From NCBI GenBank assembly GCA_963815195.1, contig CAWFGE010000014.1:128001-192000 (forward strand): a DNA stretch of 64,000 nt. Reading direction: 5' to 3'. Below the pieces are notes generated by a model, which did not search any database, had not been told where the DNA came from, and saw nothing but the letters and a program-made list of their open reading frames with translations. This DNA comes from an uncultured Planctomycetaceae bacterium. GTDB taxonomy: Bacteria > Planctomycetota > Planctomycetia > Planctomycetales > Planctomycetaceae. The position numbers and the translations under genes are program-made. Shown in pieces: positions 42,615 through 52,732 of this stretch (the stretch's first letter is position 1; each line of letters begins with the position of its first letter).

Positions 42615-45600
42615 ATGAAGTGGCTGATCCGCTCGCACCCTTTGCGCAGAAGCTGTTCGTCGCACCGCCGGCGTCAAACGCCGATCGCGGGCGAAGTCGA
42701 GGTCTTGGAAGCCCGGCTGGTTTTGTCGGCGGCGTTCGATGTCACGCAGCTGAGTTTGCTCCGCAGCCTGCCGCAGTACGCGGACGTGGACGGGCAGTTG
42801 CCGGACAATACCAAGATCGGCATCGCGATCATCGACAGCGGCGTGTTGGGTTCGCATGTCGATTTGCAGGGGAACTTCGAGGCGTTTTTTGATGCGGTCC
42901 GCACGGATGCCAACGCCGACGGGATCATCACGCCGGCGGATACCGAGAATCCGGCGAGCGCTTTCGATCCGGTGGGGCATGGAACGCACGTGGCGGGGAT
43001 CGCGGCGTCGACCAATCCGGACATCGGCGTCGCCCCGGACGCGGGATTGATCGCCATTCGCGGACTGCCCGGTCCTGGCGAGCAGTTTCCGCAATACGAT
43101 ACGCTGCTCTCCGGTTTGCAATGGGTCGAAGAAAACTACCAGCGATACAACATCAAGGTGGTGAATATGTCGATCCAGAACGGGACGAACTTCAACTTTG
43201 TTCCGAACCCCACCGACTTCGCCCGCGAGATCGACGTGCTGGAATCGCTGGGGATCACGGTGGTGTCGGCGTCGGGAAATGCCTATGCCGATTACGAATC
43301 GCTCGGGGCTTCGTTCCCGGCGGTGTTTTCCTCCCTGAGCGTGGCGAACACCTGGGAAGACAACGGCCAAGGCGATCGGCTGCCCTATTTGGGAGCGGGG
43401 CCGAACCCGCAATACGTGGCGATCGACGTCGCTCCGAAAGCCGACGACCTCGCCGGCACCAGCCAGCGGAGCACGCTCGACAACCAGGTCGCCGCCCCAG
43501 GGACGACGATCTTTAGCACGTGGAACGACGGCGGCTACAACACGATTTCCGGCACGAGCATGGCCGCCCCGTTTGTCACCGGGACGGTGGCCTTGATGCA
43601 AGACGCGGCCTACACCTTCGGCGGGCGGTATCTGAGCGTCGAAGAAGTGGTCAATATCCTCGAGAACTCGGCGGATACGATTGTCGATTCGCAAAATCCC
43701 AACACGCTCCGCGCCGCTCATTCGGGACCAGAACGGAAACCTGAGCCTGGGCCAGGCGGAGGATCTGCTCGAAAGCGGCCAGTCCTTCAAGCGGGTCAAT
43801 GTCTACCAGGCGATCCTGGCGACGCAGGCGCTTGTGAGCCAAGGCGGTTCGACGAGCAACGACACGAACAACCAGACCACAACGGCGATCGCGGTTCCGC
43901 CTTTGGACGGCACGCAGGTTTACGCCGTGTCCGGAAACATCGGCACCGACGGGCAAGTCGCGATCGGGCCGAACGATGTCGATCTGTTCCAAGTCACCGT
44001 GGAATCGCCGGGGCAGCTTCGCGCCCAGACCGGTCCGGTCAGCGGCGGGACGTCGTTTGACCCTTACCTCCGAATCTTCGACGACCAAGGCCAGGAGATC
44101 GCTTCCCAAAACGACGCCACCGGCGGCAATTCGTATCCCGACCTGACCACCGGGCTGCTTGCGCCCGGCGTGTACTACGTGGGCCTGAGCAGCTTCGCCA
44201 ACACGGGCTACGACCCCGCCGATGGCAGTGGCGCGTTTGGCGGCGGGAGCATGGGGGATTATCAACTCACGGTGTCGCTGTCGAATCCCGATCCCGACGG
44301 CGTGGTTCAGGGATCCCGGGAAGTCGATCTCACCAGCCCCAATGCGCTCAACCCCGACGCGAATCTCGTCAACGTGGGCGTGTATGTCACGAATCAATTT
44401 CTCAATCAAAGCATCGGCGAAGACTCCGGCGGCTTGGCGAATCCGAGCCAGGAACTCGAGCCCAACGCGGGCACGGTCACCGTGGGCGACACCGACGTGG
44501 ATTTTTATCGCGTCATCGCGCCGGACAGCGGCGTGATTTTTATCGAAACCGACACCACCCCGTACGGCAGCAGCGGCATCGATCCGTATCTCGAAGTCTT
44601 CACGCAGAACCCCGTCACGAAGAATCTGGAATTTGTCGATGACAACACCGATGGCTTTCTGGCGATCAGCGTCGCGATCGGCCAAACCTATTTCGTCGCC
44701 GTGACCACCGCCGGGAACCAGGGCTTTGATCCCCAGGATCCCTTCGGAAGGACTTCGACGACGCATCAGACCGGACAGTACGATCTGTTTTTGTCGTTCT
44801 TCAACGGCGACGTGAACGGCACCGCCTTGGGAGCCGTGGACTTTACAACCTTCGACGAATTGGACGGATCCAAGGACGGCTCTATCAACGGCGTGATCGG
44901 CGCGGACTTCGGCCAACCGCTGTTGGGGGCGAACGGCGGGTTCAAGGACGTGGATTTCCTGACCTACACCCCCGCCCAGGACGGCCTCTTGGACATCGAC
45001 CTCACGGTTCCGGCCGGGGCGGGCGATCCGCTGGACGGGGTGCTTGGGATCTGGGAGCTCAACTCCTCGCAGACCGACATCATGCAGGTCGTCGACACCA
45101 ACAACAAAGAGCCGCACGCCATCGTCCAAGTCTCGGCGAACGAGACGCTTTACATCTCCGTCACCGGCAAAGGCAACAGCGGCTTCAATTGGTCCGCACC
45201 GGGAAGCGGGACCGGCGGCGATACGGGAGACTATCGGCTCTCCATCACGGAGCGTCCCACGTCCACGCTCGCCTCGCTCACCAACAACTCCATCGCGCAA
45301 AACACGCCCACGCCGATTTCCCAGGGACAACTCTTCGCGGGAAACATCGGCTTCGACAACGACACATTCCTCGGCGCGACCGATGTGGACGTTTTCGCTT
45401 ACACGCCCGCGGTCGATCAAATCGTCCGCATTCAGACGTTCGCCAATCAGGAAGACAGCGCGGACACGTTTCTGCGAATCTTCGACGCCGGCGGAAATGA
45501 ATTGGCGTTTAACGACAACTCGCACCCCGGCACCAAAGGCAGCGAAATCACAATCCGGCTCGTCCGCGGGCAGACGTATTACATCGGCGTCAACGGGAAC

Positions 45601-47100
45601 AGCGCCAACGCCCACAACTACAATCCGCTGACGGGAACCAGCGCCGCGACCGGCAGCACGGGGGATTATTCCCTGCTCATCACCGAAGCCCCGCCGCCGA
45701 TCTATGCGACCGGCGCGGACGCGGGCGGCGGACCGCATGTGCGGGTGTTCGATGCCCGCGACAACGCCCAGATTACGTCCCTTTATGCTTACAATCCGCT
45801 GTTTACCGGCGGGGTTCGCGTGGCGGTGGGAGATGTGACGGGCGACAACGTGGACGATGTGGTCATGGCGCCCGGTCCCGGCGGCGGACCGCACATTCGC
45901 GTCCTCGACGGAGCGACTCTGCAATTCCGCACGGAACCCATCTACGACTTCTTCGCCTTCGCGCCCGGCATGACGATGGGCCTCAACGTGGCCGTGGGGG
46001 ATGTCAACGACGACGGCTACGGCGACATCATCGTGGCTCCCGAAGCCGGCAGTTCGCCGGCCGTGCGCGTGTTTTCCGGGGCCGACGGGTCCATCCTCAA
46101 GGACTTCTATGCCTATGATCTGAATGTCTCCGGCGGCGTGCGCATCGCCGCGGCGGATGTTACCGGCGACGGCGCCGCCGACATCATCACGGTCCCCGGT
46201 CCAGGGTTTCCCGCTCGCGTCCGCGTGTTCGACGGCGGCCTGCCGCAAACCGGCGTGGGCGTTGACCTGGCCCAATCGAGCGGCCTCAGGATCGGCAGCT
46301 TTTATGCCTTCGACGGCTTTACCGGCGGAGCCTATGTCGCCGCGGGCGATGTCAACGACGATGGTCTTCCCGATGTGATCGTTGGAGCGGGCGCGGGCGG
46401 CGGGCCTCGGGTGCAAGTCTTCAATGCTTCCAACAACGGGCCGAGCGTGCTCGCCGATTTCTACGCCTATGACCCGGGCTTTCACGGCGGCGTCCGCGTG
46501 GGGGCGACGGAGTTCAGCCTCGACGACCACGCGGACATCGTCACCGCCGCGGGTCCCGGCGGCGGTCCGCACGTCCGCGTGTTCGACACCCAGAACCCGA
46601 ATTTCAACGTGGAGAACAATTTCGTCTACGGCGGCTTCACGGGCGGCGTATTCGTCTCGGGCAGCAAGAATTACACGGTCCAGGACCAAATCCAATTTCT
46701 CGCGGGCGGCGGTTCCCTCGCCAATGCCGCCGGCGGTTCCCTCGCGCTGGCGGTGTCGGACGGGAAACTCGAACCGACCCCAGCGGCCTCGACCAATCAA
46801 TCCGGCGAGCCGTCGGACGGGGCGCAGGGCAGCGCGGCCGGGTTCATCAATCCCGCATCCCACGCGGATGAAGAACCTGCCCCCGCCTCGGCGAGCGGTT
46901 TGGCCGCGGTCTCGTCCGACGGGGATTGGCTCGCGATGATCGAGCCCGAATCAAACGACCCGAATCAAATCGCCGCGTTCCCGCCGGTCGATCCCGTCGC
47001 ATCCGCGGAAAGCCCGGACCCGAGCGTGCAAACTTTGGATGCCGTGTTCGTTCACCACGGTCTCCTTGGCGATTTGCTCCAATCATCCGTGGAGGAATGA
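42615..47100 (+). CDS. Large secreted S8 (subtilase) peptidase with PPC-like and FG-GAP repeats (frameshift near 43712)
   Basis: LEARLVLS export motif; catalytic IIDSG, GHGTHVAG, SGTSMAAP; repeated DVD-F/Y...DPYLRIFD...GDY modules; GGGPHVRVF and VAVGDV repeats. Confidence 0.88.
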
Positions 47101-47145
47101 CCGTCGCAACTCAAGAAAGCGTTCTCTCGCGAAAACCTAGTCCCC

Positions 47146-48237
47146 ATGGAATGGAACCAACTTTGTCAAATCCTCAAAGCGCATGGCTGGCATGTGGATT
47201 TGACGATTCAGGCGCCGCCGCTCCCAGAGGAAGCTGGCGTTTCCACGTCGCCTGATGCCGCGAATCTTTGCATCCGGCAACTCACGACGGAAAGCGAACT
47301 CGCCGATTGGCTGGGCCATCGCCCGGAGGAACCCTGCAGCCGGGAATCCGCTCTGGCAATCGCCGTCCAGGCGTATCAATCCCAATCCCTGCCGCCCAGC
47401 GATGCGGATGAAAGATTCATCTCGATCGGCTGCGCCGTTTCCGCTCAAAGCCCTGCGATCTGGATGGCGGCTCAAACGAGCGATGCCACCAGCGTGTTGG
47501 AGTTTCATCAACAACATTCCCAACTCGCCCAGGATTGGCCCGCGCTGGTTTTGGCGGGCTTAGCGAAGATCTGTCCCCTGCCCTTTCCGGTGGCAATTCC
47601 GAGCGACGCGGTCTTGGCGGCACATCGAACGGCCGCCGCGGAGCCGCTATTGAGACACGTCTGGCAAGGCACGCGGCCCGGGGTTTGGCGGCTCCCGGAC
47701 GGCGAGTTATCCGTGGACCTTTCACCATTCCCGCGGGGGCTGCTTTCGGGATCGTTCAATCCGTTGCACCACGGGCACCGCGAATTGCGCGCGGCGGCGG
47801 AAGAGCGGTTGGGCGGACCGGTGTGGTTTGAGATGACCATCACAAATGCCGACAAGCCGCCCTTGGACTTTCTGACGATCGAAGACCGCTCCGCGCAGTT
47901 TGTGGAGAATCCGCTGTGGATCACGAACGCTCCGACTTTTGTCAAAAAGGCGGAACTCGCGCCGCAGACCGTGTTCGTCGTCGGAGCCGACACGGCCGAG
48001 CGGATCGTCGAGCCGAGATTTTATGGAGGCGAACCGGCCATGCAATCCGCGCTCGAACAAATCCGCGAAGCGGGCTGCCGATTTTTGGTCGCAGGCCGGC
48101 TGGCAGGCGACCGGTTCCGGACGCAGGCCCACATTCCCATCCCGGCCGGCTTTGAGGATCTGTTCGATCCGCTGCCCGAAACCCATTTTCGCCGGGACAT
48201 CTCCTCCACCCAGCTTCGCCGCCCGACAGAGGAGTGA
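47146..48237 (+). CDS. Nucleotidyltransferase-like protein (HxGH, NadD-like C-terminal domain)
   Basis: GSFNPLHHGH, NADKPPL, APTFVKKA, VGADTAERI, DISSTQLR. Confidence 0.75.
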   Translation: MEWNQLCQILKAHGWHVDLTIQAPPLPEEAGVSTSPDAANLCIRQLTTESELADWLGHRPEEPCSRESALAIAVQAYQSQSLPPSDADERFISIGCAVSAQSPAIWMAAQTSDATSVLEFHQQHSQLAQDWPALVLAGLAKICPLPFPVAIPSDAVLAAHRTAAAEPLLRHVWQGTRPGVWRLPDGELSVDLSPFPRGLLSGSFNPLHHGHRELRAAAEERLGGPVWFEMTITNADKPPLDFLTIEDRSAQFVENPLWITNAPTFVKKAELAPQTVFVVGADTAERIVEPRFYGGEPAMQSALEQIREAGCRFLVAGRLAGDRFRTQAHIPIPAGFEDLFDPLPETHFRRDISSTQLRRPTEE

Positions 48238-48352
48238 ACCACGAAACACGCGAAAAATCACTCGTGGTCCGCGACCTCTGGCCCCTGATTCCCGAACGTC
48301 TTATGATGCGACCTTCATTCCTTCTGCATTTTCCTACCGGACAACGGCGAAC

Positions 48353-49771
48353 ATGGCGGACGATTGGAATTCCGAAGACCTGACCCACGCCCCGCGGCCC
48401 GCCCGGTTGGGGCTTTGGGACGCGGTGAGCTTGATCGTGGGCATCGTCGTGGGGTCGTCCATTTTCAAGGCCCCCGTGGATGTGTTCGCCAGCCTGAATT
48501 GCGCCTGGGCGGCGTTTGGCATGTGGGGCTTGGGCGGCGTGTTGTCTTTGATCGGGGCGTTCTGCTACGCGGAACTCGCCACGGCCTACCCGCGATCCGG
48601 CGGCGATTACGTTTACCTCACGCGGGCCTATGGTTCGTTTGTCGGCTTTCTCTTCGGCTGGTCGCATCTGGCGGGCATTTTGACGGGCAGCATCGGGGCT
48701 TTGGCCTTCGTGTTCGCGAGCCATGCGATCGAGTTCTGCGGACTGGGATCGGAGTGGGAGTTCTCGTTCGCCCTGGGTGCCGTGGCCGTGCTTTCGCTGT
48801 TGAATGTGTTCGGCCTCGTCTTGGGAAAAACCGCGCAGAACGTGTTGACGATCCTGAAAATCATCGGCCTCGGCGGCGTGATTGTGTTGGGCATCAGTTG
48901 GGGAATCACGAACGGCGTCGCCTGGGAACCGCCTTCCACCCCCGAGAATTTTTCGCCCGCTTGGGGGCTTTCGCTGATCTTTGTGCTTTATGCCTATGGC
49001 GGCTGGAACGATGCCTCGTTTGTCGCCGCCGAGGTCAAGGACCGCTCGCGAAATCTTCCCCGAGCGCTCTTCGGCGGCGTGGGGGCGATTACCGCGGTCT
49101 ATCTGTTGGTCAACCTGGGGTACTTGATGGGGCTGGGCTTTGACGGCGTGGCCCACGCGAAAACGCCCGCCGCCGATGTCTTCGGGAGATCGTTGGGCGA
49201 AGCCGGTTCGCGGGCAATGCTGGTGTTGGTGATGATCTCGGCCTTGGGCGGCGTGAACGGGTTGATCCTCACGGGTTCGCGGGTCCATGCAAGCCTGGGG
49301 GCCGACCACCGGTTGTTCGCGTGGCTGGGCCGCTGGCATCCGCGCTGGGATGCGCCGATCGCGTCGCTCGTGACGCAGGCGGCCGTTACGTCGGGGCTGA
49401 TGACCATCGGCACGCCTTGGGGACAGGACTGTCTGGATCGCTTAAACGGCTGGATCACAACGGAACCGCTCGACTGGTCCCGGTTCGGCGGCGGGTTCGG
49501 GCTGCTCGTCGCCACGACCGCTCCCGTGTTCTGGTTTTTCTTTTTCCTCACCGGAACGGCGGTCATCACGCTCCGCTGGAAAGATCCCGACACCGAAAGG
49601 CCGTTTCGCGTGCCGCTGTTTCCGTACTTGCCGATCGTGTTTTGCGGGATGTGCGTTTACATGTTCTGGTCGAGCATCCAATACGCCGGCACGCTGGCCT
49701 TGGTGCCCGTCGTGCCGCTGGCGGTGGGCATCGCGCTTTACGGAGCCAGTCAGTTTCTAAAGCGCCGCTGA
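48353..49771 (+). CDS. APC-family amino acid permease
   Basis: IVGIVVGSSIF, YAELATAYPRSGGDYVYL, YAYGGWND, ERPFRVP. Confidence 0.93.
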   Translation: MADDWNSEDLTHAPRPARLGLWDAVSLIVGIVVGSSIFKAPVDVFASLNCAWAAFGMWGLGGVLSLIGAFCYAELATAYPRSGGDYVYLTRAYGSFVGFLFGWSHLAGILTGSIGALAFVFASHAIEFCGLGSEWEFSFALGAVAVLSLLNVFGLVLGKTAQNVLTILKIIGLGGVIVLGISWGITNGVAWEPPSTPENFSPAWGLSLIFVLYAYGGWNDASFVAAEVKDRSRNLPRALFGGVGAITAVYLLVNLGYLMGLGFDGVAHAKTPAADVFGRSLGEAGSRAMLVLVMISALGGVNGLILTGSRVHASLGADHRLFAWLGRWHPRWDAPIASLVTQAAVTSGLMTIGTPWGQDCLDRLNGWITTEPLDWSRFGGGFGLLVATTAPVFWFFFFLTGTAVITLRWKDPDTERPFRVPLFPYLPIVFCGMCVYMFWSSIQYAGTLALVPVVPLAVGIALYGASQFLKRR

Positions 49772-49777
49772 TCGCGA

Positions 49778-51386
49778 CTACGGCTTGTTGTATTCGCGGG
49801 AATCCTTTTCGGAGAGGCTTTCGGGCTCCGGCGGTTTGACGCCCGCGGCACGCATGACGTTTTGAATCGCTGCGATGGTTTCCGCGGAGGGTTTGAAGTT
49901 GCCGGGGCGATGGCCTTGGGCGATTAAGAGCGGCGTCCAGCCGTATTTGTTTTTGCGGTTCCAGAGTTTGATGTCGGCTCCGTTTTCGGCGAGAAACGCC
50001 ACCATTTCGGGCAGGCTTTTATACGCGGCCCCGTGCATGGCCGTCTCCCCGTTTTTATCGACGGTGTTGACGTCGCCCTTATGCTTCAAAATGAATTTCG
50101 CCGCTTCCAAAGCCTCGGCTTCGGTGCCGGCTTCTTCGCCGGGCGCGAGTGTTGCCCAAGCCGGCGGCGGCCATCAAAGGCGTTACGCCGTCCGTGTTCG
50201 GAAGCAGCGGGTCCGCGCCGAGTTCGACCAGCAGTTTCATCAAAGGCACATCCGCCGTGTCCGCGGCCATCAAAAACGGCGTCGCCCCGCGCTGGTTGAT
50301 CCGCCCGCGTCCCGAACGGCCCCGCTTCAGCCGCGCGTTCACGTCGGCTCCATATTTCACGAGTTCGCGAACGAGATCCAGACTCGTTCGTCTGCCTGAA
50401 CCGATCGGCGGCGGGTCGCCGTCTTCGCCGTCGCCGCGGTTGGGCTTTCTGACCCAGGTCAACGTATGCAACGGCGTGTAGCCCGATCTTTGATCGTTGG
50501 GGTCGGCCCCGGCTTTCAAAAGTTCCACCGCCAGATCGAAATGCCCATTCTCCACGGCGAGGATCAAGGCACTCGTGCCGGAGTTCACACCCTTGGCGAT
50601 GTGTCTTTCGGGCTGCATCGCGGCTGTGACATCCGCCCCGGCTTTGATCAAGGCTTGCACCGTTTCAATATGCCCCGCGCGGACAGCGAACAACAACGGC
50701 GTAAAGCCCGAAGAGAGCGGCGTCTGGAAATCCGCCCCGGCTGCGATCAAAACTTTGACGACCTCCGTGTGTCCCTCGGCCGCGGCCCACATGATCGCCG
50801 ATTGCCCGCGGCGTTCCTTCGCATCGACTTTGGCCCCATGTTTTAAGATCGCCTGAACCGGCCCGAGCTTTCCGGTGCGGGCGGCGGTCATCAGCACCGT
50901 TTCCCCGCCGGGCAGTTCGGTGTTGGCGTCGGCCCCGGCTCCCAAGAGCAATTCCACGATCTCGCCGCTCCCGTTGGTGCACGCGAGGGAAAGCGGCGTC
51001 ACGTGGTAGCGGTTCTCCGCTTTGACGTTCGCTCCGGCTTTCACCAACTGCTTGGTAGTTTCGAGATCATCGTAATACACCGCCCAATGCAGAGCCGTCA
51101 TCCCGTCCACTTGCGGAGCGTTGACGTTGATGTCTTGCTCCAACAGGGCTTTTAGCGATGCGTGGTCCTGCCGCTCCGCAGCGTCCGCGAGTTTGGCATT
51201 TTCATCAGCGAAGGCTGGGAACGTCATCAGCATGAACAGTAAACACAGGCGAGCGGGGGGCGTAAGCCCCCTGGTTACTCGCGAGTCCTTATAGAGCTTG
51301 CACATGGTCAACGTTTTCCGAATCAATGACGCTCCTCCCGGATTCAATATAACCAGGGGGCTGACGCCCCCCGCTCGCCTTTTCAC
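49778..51386 (-). CDS. Secreted ankyrin-repeat protein (frameshift near 50150)
   Basis: Repeats DGMTALHWA, TPLSLAC, GETVLMTAA, GFTPLLFA, GATPFLMAA, GETAMHGAA. GTG start overlaps the upstream TGA. Confidence 0.9.
51247..51380. repeat. REPIN (31-bp inverted repeats, 72-nt spacer) inside the 5' end of the ankyrin gene
   Basis: aggcgagcggggggcgtaagccccctggtta ... taaccagggggctgacgccccccgctcgcct (one mismatch). Confidence 0.85.
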
Positions 51387-52732
51387 ACGGACAACGGTTC
51401 AAACAAATCGTCAATCTGGCCGTTGCTGTCGGCGAAGGATTCCAACCGCACGCCGACTTTGTCCAAGAGCGTCAGATGCAAATTCGCGAGCGGCGTGAGT
51501 TCTTTAAATTGAATGTGCCGGCCGCCTCGCATCTTTCCCGCGGCGCCGCCCGCGACGAGGATCGGCAGGTTGCGGTGATCGTGCACGTTGGGATTGCCCA
51601 TCCCGCTGCCGTAGAGATACAGGCAATGATCCAAGAGCGTCCCGTCCGCTTCCGGCGTGGCTTTGAGCTTCGCCAAAAACTCCGCGAACAGCGACACGTG
51701 GAAGCGGTTGATCTTGGCGACCTTGGCGATCTTCGCGGGGTCGTTGCCGTGGTGGGTCAGCGGATGATGCGGGTCCGGCACGCCGATTTCGGGATACGTG
51801 CGGTTGCTCGTTTCCCGCGCGAGCTGGAACGTAATCACCCGCGTCACATCGCCTTGAAATGCCAAGAGTTGGAGGTCGAACATCAGCCGGGCATGGTCGG
51901 CATACGCGGCGGGCACGCCCAGCGGCCGGTCCAAATCGGGCAGCGGGTTGTCCTTCGCATCGGCCTCCGCTTTTTGAATCCGCCGCTCCACTTCGCGAAC
52001 CGTATCCAGATACTGCCGAAGTTTGTTGCGATCGCTCGGCCCGACTTGTTTTTGCAGGCGGTTGATCTCCTCGGTCACGGAGTCCAACAAACTCGCCCGC
52101 TGCTTGAGGGCCGCCCGCCGCTCGGCTGCGTTTCCGCCTTCGCCGAAGAGATGCTCGAATACAATCCGCGGGTGAGCCTCCGCGGGCAAAGGCGTTGTCG
52201 GCGAGGACCAGGAGAGATTGTTCTGATACACGCAGGCATAGCCGTTGTCGCATTGACCCACTGTCTCAAGCAGATCCATCGCAAGTTCCAGCGAAGGCAG
52301 TTGCGTCTCCTGCCCGATCTGCCGGGCCGCGATCTGATCGACCGTCGTTCCCAAGTGGTAATCGCTGCTCTCGGTAGGCTTGGATTTCGCGCAGCTTAAA
52401 AAGGAGGCATTCGACGTGGCATGCGTGCCGGGGTAGGCGTTTTTCACTTCGAGATTGGAAATCGCGGTGACGTGATCTTTCACCGGAGCCAACGGCTCCA
52501 GCGTAGGCGAGAGCTTGCTGAGATCATCCCCCGGCAATCGCCAGCGGGTGATGTCGCAGCCCATCGGCATGTAAACGTAGCCCAATCGCCTCAGCCGAGC
52601 CGGGTTCGCGGGCGTCTCAGCCGCAACGGTCAGCGAAGGAACCATCGCATCCAACAACGGCAGCGCGAGCGTGGTCCCCACGCCTTTCAAAAACGTCCGC
52701 CGCGGCAAGGCTTTTTTTGTAATAAACATCAT
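51383..52732 (-). CDS. DUF1552 family protein (Tat-type signal)
   Basis: LPRRTFLKGVGTTLALPLLDAM, TTVDQIAA, CDNGYACVY, HHPLTHH, GSGMGNPNVHDHRNLP. Confidence 0.92.
   Translation of the reverse strand: MMFITKKALPRRTFLKGVGTTLALPLLDAMVPSLTVAAETPANPARLRRLGYVYMPMGCDITRWRLPGDDLSKLSPTLEPLAPVKDHVTAISNLEVKNAYPGTHATSNASFLSCAKSKPTESSDYHLGTTVDQIAARQIGQETQLPSLELAMDLLETVGQCDNGYACVYQNNLSWSSPTTPLPAEAHPRIVFEHLFGEGGNAAERRAALKQRASLLDSVTEEINRLQKQVGPSDRNKLRQYLDTVREVERRIQKAEADAKDNPLPDLDRPLGVPAAYADHARLMFDLQLLAFQGDVTRVITFQLARETSNRTYPEIGVPDPHHPLTHHGNDPAKIAKVAKINRFHVSLFAEFLAKLKATPEADGTLLDHCLYLYGSGMGNPNVHDHRNLPILVAGGAAGKMRGGRHIQFKELTPLANLHLTLLDKVGVRLESFADSNGQIDDLFEPLSV

Noticed and set aside
45700..46650. Repeated DNA segments (ggcggcggaccgca..., ggcgatgtcaacgacga) as a DGR or nucleotide-level repeat system
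   Set aside because: They encode FG-GAP-like protein repeats with synonymous variation; no reverse transcriptase and no adenine-specific pattern seen.
43651..46863. 1070-aa minus-strand ORF and similar long antisense ORFs (18739-20490, 61497-63347, 41121-42350, 23838-25019)
   Set aside because: Antisense shadows of well-supported genes, expected in high-GC DNA with strong codon bias.
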